Positions 1 to 9,281 of a DNA stretch of 24,000 nt are shown piece after piece. Within the stretch, counting starts at the first letter, position 1; each line of letters starts with the position of its first letter. Made by a program: the position numbers and the translations under genes. A model generated the notes under the pieces. The model did not search any database, was not told where the DNA came from, and saw only the letters and a program-made list of their open reading frames with translations. The DNA comes from an uncultured archaeon (GTDB lineage: Archaea > Asgardarchaeota > Thorarchaeia > Thorarchaeales > Thorarchaeaceae), in contig CAZYLT010000004.1 in assembly GCA_964648855.1 (NCBI GenBank), positions 197,680 to 221,679 of the forward strand, written 5' to 3'.

Positions 1-610
1 TATCCGATTGATAGTTGTCAAATTCATCGGCATAAACCTCGCCGAAGTTCCCATGCACTCTTAATTGATAGCCCTTCCAAATAGAATGCCGAACATCACT
101 TAGTCGATCCCGAACACTGTAAATAATTCCTAGTGCATCAAACCTTGGCTCGTATTTACCTATGAATGCAGGACCTAGATAAATGAAATATACCAGCGAC
201 CAGATACCAAACAGGGAAACAACAATCTCAATCAAACTAAGAGAACTTGAGAAGAATATGGCTGTCACAAGCTTGTAGAATCCGTAGATTGCGATGGCCA
301 AAATAGGTAAGACCAACAAAGCCTTTACTCTATTAGCCGTATCTTCATTATTTCTCATAGCATTGGAGAAGAATCGGAATACAAAGGAAGCCGCAGACGC
401 ATAAGTCAGCATAATTCCCAGACCGCTCATGAACTTCATGATCACTCCAGAAACTGCGGCCAATAACAAAATAAAATTGGCATCAAGCAAGAGACTGATT
501 TGGAAATCATGCACGTATAATATTCCAACCAAAGCGACAGTGCCCAGAACAAATGCTATCCCATATAATTTGCGCAGATTGTATGCCATGCTTTCCAATA
601 AACGGCTCAT
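1..610 (-). CDS. Multi-pass membrane protein, partial (runs off the window start)
   Basis: Manual translation of the complement from ATG (cat at 608-610) is open to position 1: MSRLLESMAYNLRKLYGIAFVLGTVALVGILYVHDFQISLLLDANFILLLAAVSGVIMKF... with several hydrophobic helices. Not in the supplied track because it has no stop in the window. Confidence 0.7.
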   Translation of the reverse strand, partial: MSRLLESMAYNLRKLYGIAFVLGTVALVGILYVHDFQISLLLDANFILLLAAVSGVIMKFMSGLGIMLTYASAASFVFRFFSNAMRNNEDTANRVKALLVLPILAIAIYGFYKLVTAIFFSSSLSLIEIVVSLFGIWSLVYFIYLGPAFIGKYEPRFDALGIIYSVRDRLSDVRHSIWKGYQLRVHGNFGEVYADEFDNYQSD

Positions 611-658
611 CTTGTATTCTCCATTCAAACTAATAGAAGAGTCTGTTTTGGTCCAGAG

Positions 659-1027
659 TTATACAAGCTCCTCTGCATCGGATTTCCATGGGGGATATAC
701 GATACATAGAAACTCTAGCTTCTTCTCCCCTGTATTTTCTATATGTTGTGTTGCCATGGGAGGAATATAGATGGCGTCCCCCTCTCTTACCTCCTCCACC
801 TCGTCATCAATATGCATGAGCCCTCGTCCATTCGTGATATAGTAGACCTCAGAAGCTGTCCTGAAGCGATGTGGCAAAGATTTCTCTCCTGGTTCTAGCA
901 TTGCTAACGCCAAGCTGTAATCGAGTGTCAATTTTTCATCACCATGATTCGGATTAAGAAACTCGATTACCCTCGTTTCATCAAGAGCAGTCATCTCATC
1001 TTGATCTGCCCGTCTTTGGATTATCAC
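659..1027 (-). CDS. Small cupin-domain protein
   Basis: 122 aa from a GTG start; cupin motif pattern LEPGEKSLPHRFRTASEVYYITNGRGLMHIDDEVEEVREGDAIYIPPMATQHIENTG. Confidence 0.85.
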   Translation of the reverse strand: MIIQRRADQDEMTALDETRVIEFLNPNHGDEKLTLDYSLALAMLEPGEKSLPHRFRTASEVYYITNGRGLMHIDDEVEEVREGDAIYIPPMATQHIENTGEKKLEFLCIVYPPWKSDAEELV

Positions 1028-1094
1028 CTAGCAAGCACCTATTCTTCATCAGAGAGGTTTCTGATAAAGATGTCTGGTGACTTGGAACAAGCGA

Positions 1095-2153
1095 CTATTC
1101 CCTATCATCGGCCAAACCCTGTTGTACATTCTTGTTTTGATTTTGTGACTTCCACATCCAATATGCTGGTAAGAACAGTGCAAACACTGCGAGGTTCAAG
1201 ACGGTGAAGCTCGTGATGCCAAACTGAACAATATTGCCAAATCCACTTGCAGCCGCAAGAAGCCTATTGACTTGTGAACCAACTCGTGCTAGAATTACAA
1301 GTAGGATTACAGTTATTGCTGCCATGGGTCGCAAATCCATTTCTTCATGTACCTTTGCTGTGGTTGTCGAAAGACCGTATATCAAGAGCACAGATTGTAT
1401 GATGAGGTCTGCCAACGTCCATTCAGGGTTATTGAGGTTAATCAGCCGCAGTGTGTAATAGATACCAAATACAAAGACAACTAGCATCATGAAGCTGGTA
1501 AAATCAGGCCCTCTCTGCCTGTTGCGAAGGACGATGGTTAGAATCGGAAGTAGAACCATGCCCAAGGGAAACATGAGAAGAACGATTTGCTGTTCAAAAC
1601 CAAGTGTACCCAGATTGAGATACATGTAGACTCCACCAAAAACAATGATATTCACCATCAGGAACAAGAGGAACAACGCCCATCTGAGGGAATTTCTGTG
1701 TAGGAAACGAGAAGAAACGCTCTTTGATAGATTCCAGCCTAAGAGAATAGCAAAGTACGCGGTTATGGATGCATCACCAAAAGCTAATACTGCACCAACT
1801 ATAGGCCCTGCTGCGGCAGACAGCCCTCCTAAAGCCATGAAGATGACTATGAACGCAATACTGAGGCCAATTTGATTTCGAAGTGAATGATCCCCCTCAA
1901 AAAACAGCTCTCTTCCGTGCTTAATTAGTGAAAGTACCACCAAAGTCATGACATAGTACTGGAACGAAACTACTACTGAGATAGCAAGTCCTTGGAACGG
2001 ATCTGTTAGGTTCGGAGTCAGCGAACCAAAAATCAACAACCACCCTGATATGATTCCAGTGGATACCAACGCTAAAATGAAACTGAAGTTATACCACGAG
2101 TTTGTAAGCAATATCTTGAAACCTTTAATGAACCTCATTCTTAACACGACCAT
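1095..2153 (-). CDS. Polytopic membrane protein of unknown function
   Basis: 352-aa ORF with about 9 hydrophobic segments; no diagnostic motif recognised. Start could be internal (MRFIKGF...). Confidence 0.7.
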   Translation of the reverse strand: MVVLRMRFIKGFKILLTNSWYNFSFILALVSTGIISGWLLIFGSLTPNLTDPFQGLAISVVVSFQYYVMTLVVLSLIKHGRELFFEGDHSLRNQIGLSIAFIVIFMALGGLSAAAGPIVGAVLAFGDASITAYFAILLGWNLSKSVSSRFLHRNSLRWALFLLFLMVNIIVFGGVYMYLNLGTLGFEQQIVLLMFPLGMVLLPILTIVLRNRQRGPDFTSFMMLVVFVFGIYYTLRLINLNNPEWTLADLIIQSVLLIYGLSTTTAKVHEEMDLRPMAAITVILLVILARVGSQVNRLLAAASGFGNIVQFGITSFTVLNLAVFALFLPAYWMWKSQNQNKNVQQGLADDRE

Positions 2154-2412
2154 TTCTTCGAAGGAACTGAAGGTAGTTCTCCGGTCGAAACGTAACGGAG
2201 TAATAATGTTGTCCGGGATGTATTCGAATTGATAGACACCAAAAGGGAATTACAGGCTCCGTTTCGATAGCTTGCTGAATAAACTAAACTCAAGTTATGG
2301 ATATCTTTGGTCACTAGGCAAGTTTTAAAAACAGACTCCCACTTGGCGGCTGTTGTAGTAGTATGAATAGCCCAGTCTAAAGGCCGTTCGTTACAATGAA
2401 AAGGTGTTGTAA

Positions 2413-3420
2413 ATGGCACACAGAAAGAAGCATGCACCAAAACGTGGCAGTCTAGCTTTCTTGCCACGTGGCAGGGCTCCCAAATTTGTGCCTCGCATCA
2501 AGAACTGGCCTGAGTATGACGACTCGGCTGCAAAACTACTTGGATTCGTCGGTTACAAGGCCGGCATGACACATGCAGTAGCGACTGTTAACAATCCCGA
2601 TAGTCCATTCAAGGGGCAGGAAACTGTTATTCCAGTAACAGTGATTGATACTCCCCCTGTACGGCCTTTCTCAATCCGGGGTTATGAAAGAACTCCATAC
2701 GGGTTGAAACTAGTAACAGAGGTACTGGCAGAGGATCTATCAGAAGATCTTCGCAGAGCTATGCCTTTGCCCAAGGAACATGACCGTGAAGCCAAGTTAG
2801 AAGAGCTCGAAGAAAGAATCGACTCAATTGCCGAGATTCGAATGCTGATACATACTCAGCCACGACTTGCCGGGGTACCAAAGAAGAGACCCGATATTAT
2901 GGAATACAAGATTGGCGCTCCTACAGTACAGGATGCCCTCGAATACGCAAAAGAAATACTTGGAACAGATGTCCGAGTTGCAGATATTTTTGAAGAGGGT
3001 ATGCTCGTAGACTCAATAGCAGTTACAAAGGGTCACGGTTTCCAAGGCACTGTACGCAGATGGGGTGTCAGAATTCTTCAACATAAGTCGCGAAAGACTA
3101 AGCGTGGAATTGGATGCTTAGGCCCATGGTCTCCAACCAACATCAGATATACTGTACCTCAACCAGGTCAAACTGGTTTCCATTCTCGTACCAACTTCAA
3201 CAATGCTATTGTGAAGCTGGGAGAACGTGGAGAAGAGATTACACCTGATGGTGGTTTCGTAAACTTTGGAGTCATTCGTGGTGACTATGTGATGGTAAAG
3301 GGATCAGTCCCCGGACCGGTCAAGAGGCCGGTCAGACTCCGTTATCCAATACGTCCTACTAAAGGGCATGAAGTCAAGCCATTAACTGTGAGCTACATCA
3401 GTACCACATCAAAGCAGTAG
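2413..3420 (+). CDS. rpl3: Large ribosomal subunit protein uL3
   Basis: 335 aa; HRKKHAPKRGSLAFLPR, VTKGHGFQGTVRRWG, GCLGPWSP, HSRTNFN motifs of archaeal/eukaryotic L3. Confidence 0.98.
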   Translation: MAHRKKHAPKRGSLAFLPRGRAPKFVPRIKNWPEYDDSAAKLLGFVGYKAGMTHAVATVNNPDSPFKGQETVIPVTVIDTPPVRPFSIRGYERTPYGLKLVTEVLAEDLSEDLRRAMPLPKEHDREAKLEELEERIDSIAEIRMLIHTQPRLAGVPKKRPDIMEYKIGAPTVQDALEYAKEILGTDVRVADIFEEGMLVDSIAVTKGHGFQGTVRRWGVRILQHKSRKTKRGIGCLGPWSPTNIRYTVPQPGQTGFHSRTNFNNAIVKLGERGEEITPDGGFVNFGVIRGDYVMVKGSVPGPVKRPVRLRYPIRPTKGHEVKPLTVSYISTTSKQ

Positions 3421-3436
3421 GTGGAGTTGAGAATCG

Positions 3437-4225
3437 ATGGCAACTGTAAAAACATATTCACTAAAGGGTAAGGCAGGTTCCAAGCTAGATTTACCACCCC
3501 AGTTTGAAACTCCTTATCGTCCAGATGTAATCAAGAGAGCAGTCTTAGCCCTCCGGTCCCGTAGGTATCAACCTCATGGCGTTGATGTCCGAGCCGGTAA
3601 GAAGACAACTGCTGAAAGCTGGGGTGTTGGTCATGGTCGTTCACGAATTCCGCGTGTAAAGGGCGGAGGAACTCCTGCAGCAAACAAGGCAGGACTTGCC
3701 CCTAGCACCGTTGGCGGCCGACAAGCACATCCTCCTGAAGCCAGAAAATCTCTTGTTGAACGAATTAACAAAAAGGAAAATCGTTTGGCTATCCGTTCCG
3801 CAATTGCAGCAACAGCAAATCCAGAGCGCGTTAGTTCTCGAGGTCATGTGATTGATTCATTGCCCGAGCTTCCGTTGGTGATTGATGATAAGCTTCAGTC
3901 ACTTACCACAACCAAAGAGGTTCAAGATGTAGTTGAATCTCTAGGGCTTGACCAAGATTTACAGAGATCTATTCAAGGTCGTTCTGTTAGATCCGGCAAA
4001 GGCAAGATGCGTGGCCGAAAAATGAAGACCCCGAAATCATTTCTGATTGTTGTGGGCGAGGATCAAGGAATCGGGCAAGCAGCACGAAATCTCCCAGGAG
4101 TTGACATAGTTGAAGTGCATGGGCTTAATGCTGAGCTTTTAGCTCCAGGGACACATCCTGGACGACTTGTTTTGTGGACCAAGTCCGCAATGGAGCGGCT
4201 AAGAGAGGAGAATCTATTCAACTGA
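3437..4225 (+). CDS. rpl4: Large ribosomal subunit protein uL4
   Basis: 262 aa; WGVGHGRSRIPRVKGGGT and GGRQAHPP motifs; follows uL3. Confidence 0.98.
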   Translation: MATVKTYSLKGKAGSKLDLPPQFETPYRPDVIKRAVLALRSRRYQPHGVDVRAGKKTTAESWGVGHGRSRIPRVKGGGTPAANKAGLAPSTVGGRQAHPPEARKSLVERINKKENRLAIRSAIAATANPERVSSRGHVIDSLPELPLVIDDKLQSLTTTKEVQDVVESLGLDQDLQRSIQGRSVRSGKGKMRGRKMKTPKSFLIVVGEDQGIGQAARNLPGVDIVEVHGLNAELLAPGTHPGRLVLWTKSAMERLREENLFN

Positions 4226-4236
4226 GGTGCTTATGA

Positions 4237-4500
4237 ATGAAGGATCCGAACTTGATAATTATACGGCCGGTGGTAACAGAAGCCAGTCTTGAGGGAGTAG
4301 ACCAAGAGAACAAGTTGGCATTCTATGTTGACCGCAAAGCCAACAAGAACCAGATTCGATGGGCAGTTGAATCTCTCTATGAGGTCATCGTTGAGAAGGT
4401 GAATACACTAATCATGCCTGACGGAACAAAGAAGGCATTTGTGCGACTTGCACCTGAATACAGTGCTGCTGAAGTTGCAACTAATCTGGGTATATTCTAG
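4237..4500 (+). CDS. rpl23: Large ribosomal subunit protein uL23
   Basis: 87 aa; IIIRPVVTEASL...NKLAFYVDRKANKNQIRWAVE...KVNTLIMPDGTKKAFVRL; operon position. Confidence 0.97.
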   Translation: MKDPNLIIIRPVVTEASLEGVDQENKLAFYVDRKANKNQIRWAVESLYEVIVEKVNTLIMPDGTKKAFVRLAPEYSAAEVATNLGIF

Positions 4501-4511
4501 GAGGCGTTCAA

Positions 4512-5231
4512 ATGGGAAAACGAATTCTTGTTCAAAGAAAAGGTCGCGGAACGCAACAATGGAGAAGTCCGAAGCACAAGAAGATTGCTCCGGCACGACA
4601 CCCAAAATGGGCACCTGACAAGACGTATGTTGGAAAAATAACTCGTCTTGTGCATGAGCCTGGTCGAGGTGCTCCTCTGGCTGAGATTGACTATGAGGGG
4701 GTACAGAAGCTCCATCACATGGTCGCTCCAGAGGGATCGTATATCGGTCAGGAAATTGAATGTGGTGAGGATGCCCCACTCGCAAATGGGAACACTCTGA
4801 TGCTTGAACACATTCCAGAGGGAACTCCCATCTTCAATATTGAAGGCAGTCCGGGTGATGGAGGCAAATTTGTTCGTTCTTCGGGGTTGACTGCAACAAT
4901 TGTTTCAACCGATGAGAACAAATCTATGGTTAGATTACCCAGTGGGACTCAGAAAGTCTTCAGTCCACGCTGCAGGGCAACTATTGGCATTGTCGCCGGC
5001 GGCGGAAGACCCGAGAAGCCATTCCTAAAGGCTGGTTCAGTCTGGCATCACACCCGTGGAAAGGCCCGTAAGTGGCCAGTGACCCGTGGTGCTGCAATGA
5101 ACGCCGCATCGCACCCACATGGTGGCGGTTCACACCAGTCTCCTGGTAGGCCAACGACTGTAAGCAGAAATGCCCCCCCTGGAAGAAAAGTGGGTAACAT
5201 TGCAGCCAGAAGAACTGGTAGGAAAAAGTAA
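4512..5231 (+). CDS. rpl2: Large ribosomal subunit protein uL2
   Basis: 239 aa; MGKRILVQRKGRGTQQWRSP..., GSVWHHTRGKARKWPVTRGAAMNAASHPHGGGSHQSPGRPTTVSRNAPPGRKVG. Confidence 0.98.
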   Translation: MGKRILVQRKGRGTQQWRSPKHKKIAPARHPKWAPDKTYVGKITRLVHEPGRGAPLAEIDYEGVQKLHHMVAPEGSYIGQEIECGEDAPLANGNTLMLEHIPEGTPIFNIEGSPGDGGKFVRSSGLTATIVSTDENKSMVRLPSGTQKVFSPRCRATIGIVAGGGRPEKPFLKAGSVWHHTRGKARKWPVTRGAAMNAASHPHGGGSHQSPGRPTTVSRNAPPGRKVGNIAARRTGRKK

Positions 5232-5241
5232 TACAGAAACT

Positions 5242-5274
5242 TGAGGAGAAGACTCTCCTCATCTTCTTTCTTTA
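5242..5274 (+). terminator. Stem-loop plus T-rich tract after uL2
   Basis: Perfect 8-bp stem tgaggaga (5242-5249) / tctcctca (5254-5261), loop agac, followed by tcttctttcttta. Confidence 0.55.
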
Positions 5275-5377
5275 TAGTATTGAATACAATCTCTATACCC
5301 TTTGTCAGAGTGAGCATTTCCAAGGTAATACATGGACACATATCCATCTATAACCAGACCCTTACAGAGGCCTATCT

Positions 5378-5560
5378 ATGCGACTAATAGCCGTGCATCT
5401 TCCAGAGCGAATAATTGATGACATTGAGCGTCTGATAGAAAATGGACTCTATCCGAATCGTTCCGAGGCCATACGAATTGCAATACGTGACTTGCTGAAA
5501 CAGGAGCTTTGGGGACGCGGCACCGATCGCAATGCAAGGATGAGTGAAATCATAGGATGA
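5378..5560 (+). CDS. Short ribbon-helix-helix (CopG/CdrS-like) transcriptional regulator
   Basis: 60 aa MRLIAVHLPERIIDDIERLIENGLYPNRSEAIRIAIRDLLKQELWG, typical RHH beta-alpha-alpha pattern; stop overlaps the ftsZ start by ATGA. Confidence 0.88.
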   Translation: MRLIAVHLPERIIDDIERLIENGLYPNRSEAIRIAIRDLLKQELWGRGTDRNARMSEIIG

Positions 5561-6822
5561 AGTCACTGATAGATGCGGCCAGAGAACATGGCCGTGGCGA
5601 GAGAAGAACCCCAGAGAAGCGTGATGTTGGTCAAGCTCGAATTGTTGTTGTAGGCTGTGGTGGTGCAGGAAACAACACCGTGAAGCGGCTGATGACTATA
5701 GGTGTTCAGGGTGCGGAGTGTATAGCTATCAATACTGACCGTCAACATCTTGCAGTTACGACTGCCCATCGAAAACTCCTGATTGGTGAAACAATCACAC
5801 GTGGCTTGGGGGCTGGTGGATACCCTCACGTTGGGCAGGCTGCTGCAGAAGAGTCCGCACGTCAGATAACTGAATTACTTCGTGATGCAGACCTTGTGTT
5901 CATCGCGGCTGGTATGGGAGGAGGCACGGGGACTGGAAGTGCTCCCATCGTGGCAGAGATAGCAAAGAAAAACGATGCTATTGTTGTAGGCGTTGTCACA
6001 ATGCCCTTCAGCCTTGAGAGGACACGCATTGACAAGGCTAAGGTTGGTCTTGCAAGGCTGCAGGAATATGCGGATACTGTGGTAGTAATTGATAATCAGA
6101 AGCTTATGGATTTAGTACCGGACTTACCTCTTGAGGAAGCTTTTGGAGTTGCAGACGAAGTACTTGCAGGAATGACGAAAGGAATCACTGAAACTATCAC
6201 CATGCCCAGTCTAATCAATCTGGATTATGCGGATGTTCGCTCCATTATCTGCAATGGCGGTGTCGCTTTAGTAGGCTTGGGAGAAGCCAGCGGGTCCGAT
6301 AGGGCTGAAGAAGCCATAGAGAATGCCCTGAATAGTCCTCTTCTGGAAGTAGAATGGTCGGGCTCGACAGGTGCATTGATTCATATCACGGGGGGGCCCG
6401 ACATGTCACTGGCAGAGGCCAATGGCGTAGGCGAGAAAATATCAGAGAAGATGAGCAAGGATGCCAATGTAATTTGGGGCGCCAGGGTTGACCCACGTCT
6501 AACAGGTATGCTCAGGGTTATGCTTATTCTGACAGGTGTCAAAAGCCCTCAATTGCTTGCTCGGAGCAAGGAAGAGTCCGAAAAACCAAAGACAAGAAGT
6601 AGTCTCTCCCATCTAGGTGTTGCCCACTCTTCAGCCGGCTCGCTCGATCCTCGGAGGATAAAGGATGAATTCCGTTCGATTGGAAAGATACCCTCCACGG
6701 GCGCTCGTTCATGGGAAGAACGACTGAAGCCCCTGGAAAAACGGCTCTCGGGCAAGAAACCTGTCCCAGAACAAAAGAACAAGCAGAACCTTGATGACTT
6801 AGGACTACGAAGGATTCTGTAG
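5557..6822 (+). CDS. ftsZ: Cell division GTPase FtsZ
   Basis: 421 aa; [28 protein letters not shown], NxD region [11 protein letters not shown]. Confidence 0.98.
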   Translation: MKSLIDAAREHGRGERRTPEKRDVGQARIVVVGCGGAGNNTVKRLMTIGVQGAECIAINTDRQHLAVTTAHRKLLIGETITRGLGAGGYPHVGQAAAEESARQITELLRDADLVFIAAGMGGGTGTGSAPIVAEIAKKNDAIVVGVVTMPFSLERTRIDKAKVGLARLQEYADTVVVIDNQKLMDLVPDLPLEEAFGVADEVLAGMTKGITETITMPSLINLDYADVRSIICNGGVALVGLGEASGSDRAEEAIENALNSPLLEVEWSGSTGALIHITGGPDMSLAEANGVGEKISEKMSKDANVIWGARVDPRLTGMLRVMLILTGVKSPQLLARSKEESEKPKTRSSLSHLGVAHSSAGSLDPRRIKDEFRSIGKIPSTGARSWEERLKPLEKRLSGKKPVPEQKNKQNLDDLGLRRIL

Positions 6823-6935
6823 GCCTTTTCACTCCCTTACGGCTTGACACAGATGTCTGATGTCTGTTTTTGTGGTCTACTTGAATCTAGTTTCGTCTAG
6901 TTGATAATTCCAATGTGATATTGGTTCATATCATA

Positions 6936-7370
6936 CTATTCGAGCAAGCCTCTATCTCGAAGCCATGGCTCCGCTACTTGCACAACCCGTTCATAGAGTG
7001 GTCCGACACCATCAACGCCCTCAGGCGTAATTCTGATTTTGTTCATAATTACTATAACAGACGTTTCAGGAAAGTATCTCACACCACCAGGTGGGAATTG
7101 CTTTTCTAGTTCCTTGGCGAGGCCCTCAAGACTGACTTCTTTCTCTGCTACGGCAAAGGAAGTGATACTTTCACCATAGATGAACATCTTGGGAATCTCT
7201 TCGCCTTCACTTGGAATGACTTCAGAGAGAACGATACTCATGCTGTTTTGATCGATTCCAACCAATGTACCCGTGTATTCCTTACCATTCTTCAATTCTA
7301 CCGTAATGGTCGCGCCAACAACCTGTGCCATCTCGCGGTTGAAGGCTCTCATAGCTGCTACATCAGACAT
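6936..7370 (-). CDS. Sm-like archaeal protein (Lsm/SmAP) with C-terminal extension, SmAP3-like
   Basis: 144 aa; Lsm fold motif VGATITVELKNGKEYTGTLVGIDQNSMSIVLSEV...PKMFIYGESITSF followed by a ~70-aa extra domain. Confidence 0.85.
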   Translation of the reverse strand: MSDVAAMRAFNREMAQVVGATITVELKNGKEYTGTLVGIDQNSMSIVLSEVIPSEGEEIPKMFIYGESITSFAVAEKEVSLEGLAKELEKQFPPGGVRYFPETSVIVIMNKIRITPEGVDGVGPLYERVVQVAEPWLRDRGLLE

Positions 7371-7533
7371 CTTGTTTCACCTTGTAAGCTGTAAATCTGA
7401 GCTTACTCACACGGCGATTTGCTGTTGTTTTAAAACCTCTGCTGTAGCTAGTGAGGGAAAAAATAGAGGGGGCGAAGCAGAGAATGACGCTCTGCCTTCG
7501 CTGTGTATCACCCAGTAGAACTTCTCTACCAGG

Positions 7534-7621
7534 GTTCCTGTTCGCTATCTGGGGGAAAGTCGCCAGGTCCAATGGTCCATGGTTCTTGCTCAGAGTCTGG
7601 CGGGAAGTCGCCAGGTCCAAT
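7534..7621. repeat. Two imperfect ~40-bp direct repeats with 48-bp period
   Basis: gttcctgttcgctatctgggggaaagtcgccaggtccaat (7534-7573) and gttcttgctcagagtctggcgggaagtcgccaggtccaat (7582-7621); the last 26 positions differ at only 2 sites. Confidence 0.8.
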
Positions 7622-7777
7622 TTTCAGTTCGTCAGTGTTTGCGGTCATTTTTGTTCAGATATTAATTGGTATGTAGCACACTAAATCCCACATGAGAAGA
7701 AAGTCGAATTCTGATACCTCAAAGCAACATTCTGAGAACTAATCCCGGACCAAAAACACCGCAAGAAGACGTGGAGA

Positions 7778-7784
7778 ATATATA
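7778..7784 (+). promoter_or_regulatory. Candidate TATA box for korBC
   Basis: ggagaatatatagcta upstream of the korB start; archaeal TATA-like composition. Confidence 0.4.
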
Positions 7785-7910
7785 GCTAGAAGTGAAACAT
7801 ATTGTTTCCGTTCATTTTAGACCCGACAAGAGTTCACCACCGAATGTTAATGTACACTGCTGTTGCCCTAGAGAATGTATTATTAGGCAACTACACTGAA
7901 CTCGAACCAA

Positions 7911-8747
7911 GTGGCAAATATGTCTACGGCAAAGCACTTTGCATTAAAGTATCTGCGTCAGGAAGCCTTACCAACGCCATTCTGCGCCGCCTGCGGCAAC
8001 GGAATTATTGCCAACTCATTTCTCAAAGCCTTGAAGGACTTGGGTCATGAGGATCTACGCAAGTTCGCCTTTGTTTCCGGGATTGGCTGCGGAGCTTGGT
8101 TGACATCCCCTCATTTTCAGGCTGACACGATTCATACGACTCATGGGCGCGCAGTTGCCTTTGCCACTGGCCTCAAAATGGCGCGACCAGAGCTACAAGT
8201 CGTCGTGATCTCCGGAGATGGAGATTTGGCTACTATCGGCGGAAATCATCTGATTCATGCAGCTAGACGCAATATCGATATGACCGTAATCATGAGCAAC
8301 AATCACAACTATGGCATGACCGGCGGACAAGTATCCGCAACTACATTCACTGGTGATACAACATCTACAACTCCATACGGCAACCCCGAGCGTCCCTTTG
8401 ATATATCCCGCTTGGTGGCTGCTGCAGGGGCGAACTTTGTGGCCCGTTGGACCACTGCCCACCCAAATCAAGCTGCACGAGCAATCAAGACCGCTTTGAG
8501 GAGAGAAGGGTTCTCATTTGTTGAGATGCTGAGCCAATGTCCAACAGCGTACGGAAGAAGAGCCAAAATTGGCAAGCCTCAGGACTTCATTGATTGGTAT
8601 AAGAAACTACCAATACGCAAGAGGGATGAACCTCTCACTCATACGATACCAACGCCTGAGGGAACTGACCTTGGCGTGTTTGTGGATCGAAATGAGCCAG
8701 GATTCAAGAACGCCGTTGATGCCATGACGAAACGAGCTAAGGAGTAA
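7911..8747 (+). CDS. korB: 2-oxoacid:ferredoxin oxidoreductase beta subunit (TPP-binding, 2-oxoglutarate type likely)
   Basis: 278 aa; FCAACGNGI, GIGCGAW, HGRAVAFATGLKMARPELQVVVISGDGDLATIGGNHLIHAARRN, NNHNYGMTGGQ. Real start may be ATG at 7920. Confidence 0.93.
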   Translation: MANMSTAKHFALKYLRQEALPTPFCAACGNGIIANSFLKALKDLGHEDLRKFAFVSGIGCGAWLTSPHFQADTIHTTHGRAVAFATGLKMARPELQVVVISGDGDLATIGGNHLIHAARRNIDMTVIMSNNHNYGMTGGQVSATTFTGDTTSTTPYGNPERPFDISRLVAAAGANFVARWTTAHPNQAARAIKTALRREGFSFVEMLSQCPTAYGRRAKIGKPQDFIDWYKKLPIRKRDEPLTHTIPTPEGTDLGVFVDRNEPGFKNAVDAMTKRAKE

Positions 8748-8753
8748 TCTGGA

Positions 8754-9281
8754 ATGCGAAAAGAAATACGAATTGCGGGAACCGGGGGTATGGGTGTAGT
8801 TCTTGCGGGTGTAATAGTCGGTCATGCGGCGGTGGTTCATGCTGGATTGAATGCTGTTCAGAGTCAAAGCTATGGATCAGAGGCTCGAGGAACCGCAGCT
8901 AAGAGTGAGGTTATCATCAGCGATGGACAAATTAAATATCCAAAGGTTCGTGGCTCGGATTATTTTGTTGTAATGAGCCAGAAGGCATTGGAGTTATACA
9001 TTGATGATTCTAAGAAGGGTAGCGTAGTCATAGCAGACCCTGATTTGGTAGACTTCTCTTCTATTACTGAACAATACGAGGTAGTGCCCATTCAGGCCAT
9101 TAAGACTGCAGATGAAATTGGATTACGCCTCGCTGCGAATATGGTCATGCTAGGCGCATTGGCGAAAAAATCGAGAATATTTTCAATCGAAGCATTAGAG
9201 AGAGCGGTTGCCGACATGGCTCCCAAAAAATACCTTGATAAAAACATAGAGGCGCTCAGAGCAGGAGTGGACCTGATTTAG
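8754..9281 (+). CDS. korC: 2-oxoacid:ferredoxin oxidoreductase gamma subunit
   Basis: 175 aa; IRIAGTGGMGVVLAGVIVGHAAVVHAGLNAVQSQSYGSEARGTAAKSEVIISD. Confidence 0.93.
   Translation: MRKEIRIAGTGGMGVVLAGVIVGHAAVVHAGLNAVQSQSYGSEARGTAAKSEVIISDGQIKYPKVRGSDYFVVMSQKALELYIDDSKKGSVVIADPDLVDFSSITEQYEVVPIQAIKTADEIGLRLAANMVMLGALAKKSRIFSIEALERAVADMAPKKYLDKNIEALRAGVDLI

Noticed and set aside
429-1207. Plus-strand ORFs at 429-770 and 944-1207
   Set aside because: They overlap minus-strand genes with coherent protein features (partial membrane protein, cupin) and look like shadow ORFs.
2318-2413. Possible autoregulatory leader before the uL3 operon
   Set aside because: A TATA-like ttttaaaaa lies about 80 bp upstream of the uL3 ATG, but I could not find a convincing conserved fold by eye.
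7451-7684. 77-aa ORF with internally repeated peptides (IWGKVARSN / VWREVARSN)
   Set aside because: The peptide repeat simply reflects the 48-bp-period DNA repeat; both strands are open there and no protein-like conservation pattern is evident.
7802-8050. ORF MFPFILDPTRVHHRMLMYTAVALENVLLG... upstream of and overlapping korB
   Set aside because: Out of frame with korB and continues into strongly conserved korB sequence; considered as a remnant of korA but I see no KorA-like motif. A regulatory upstream ORF is possible but unsupported.
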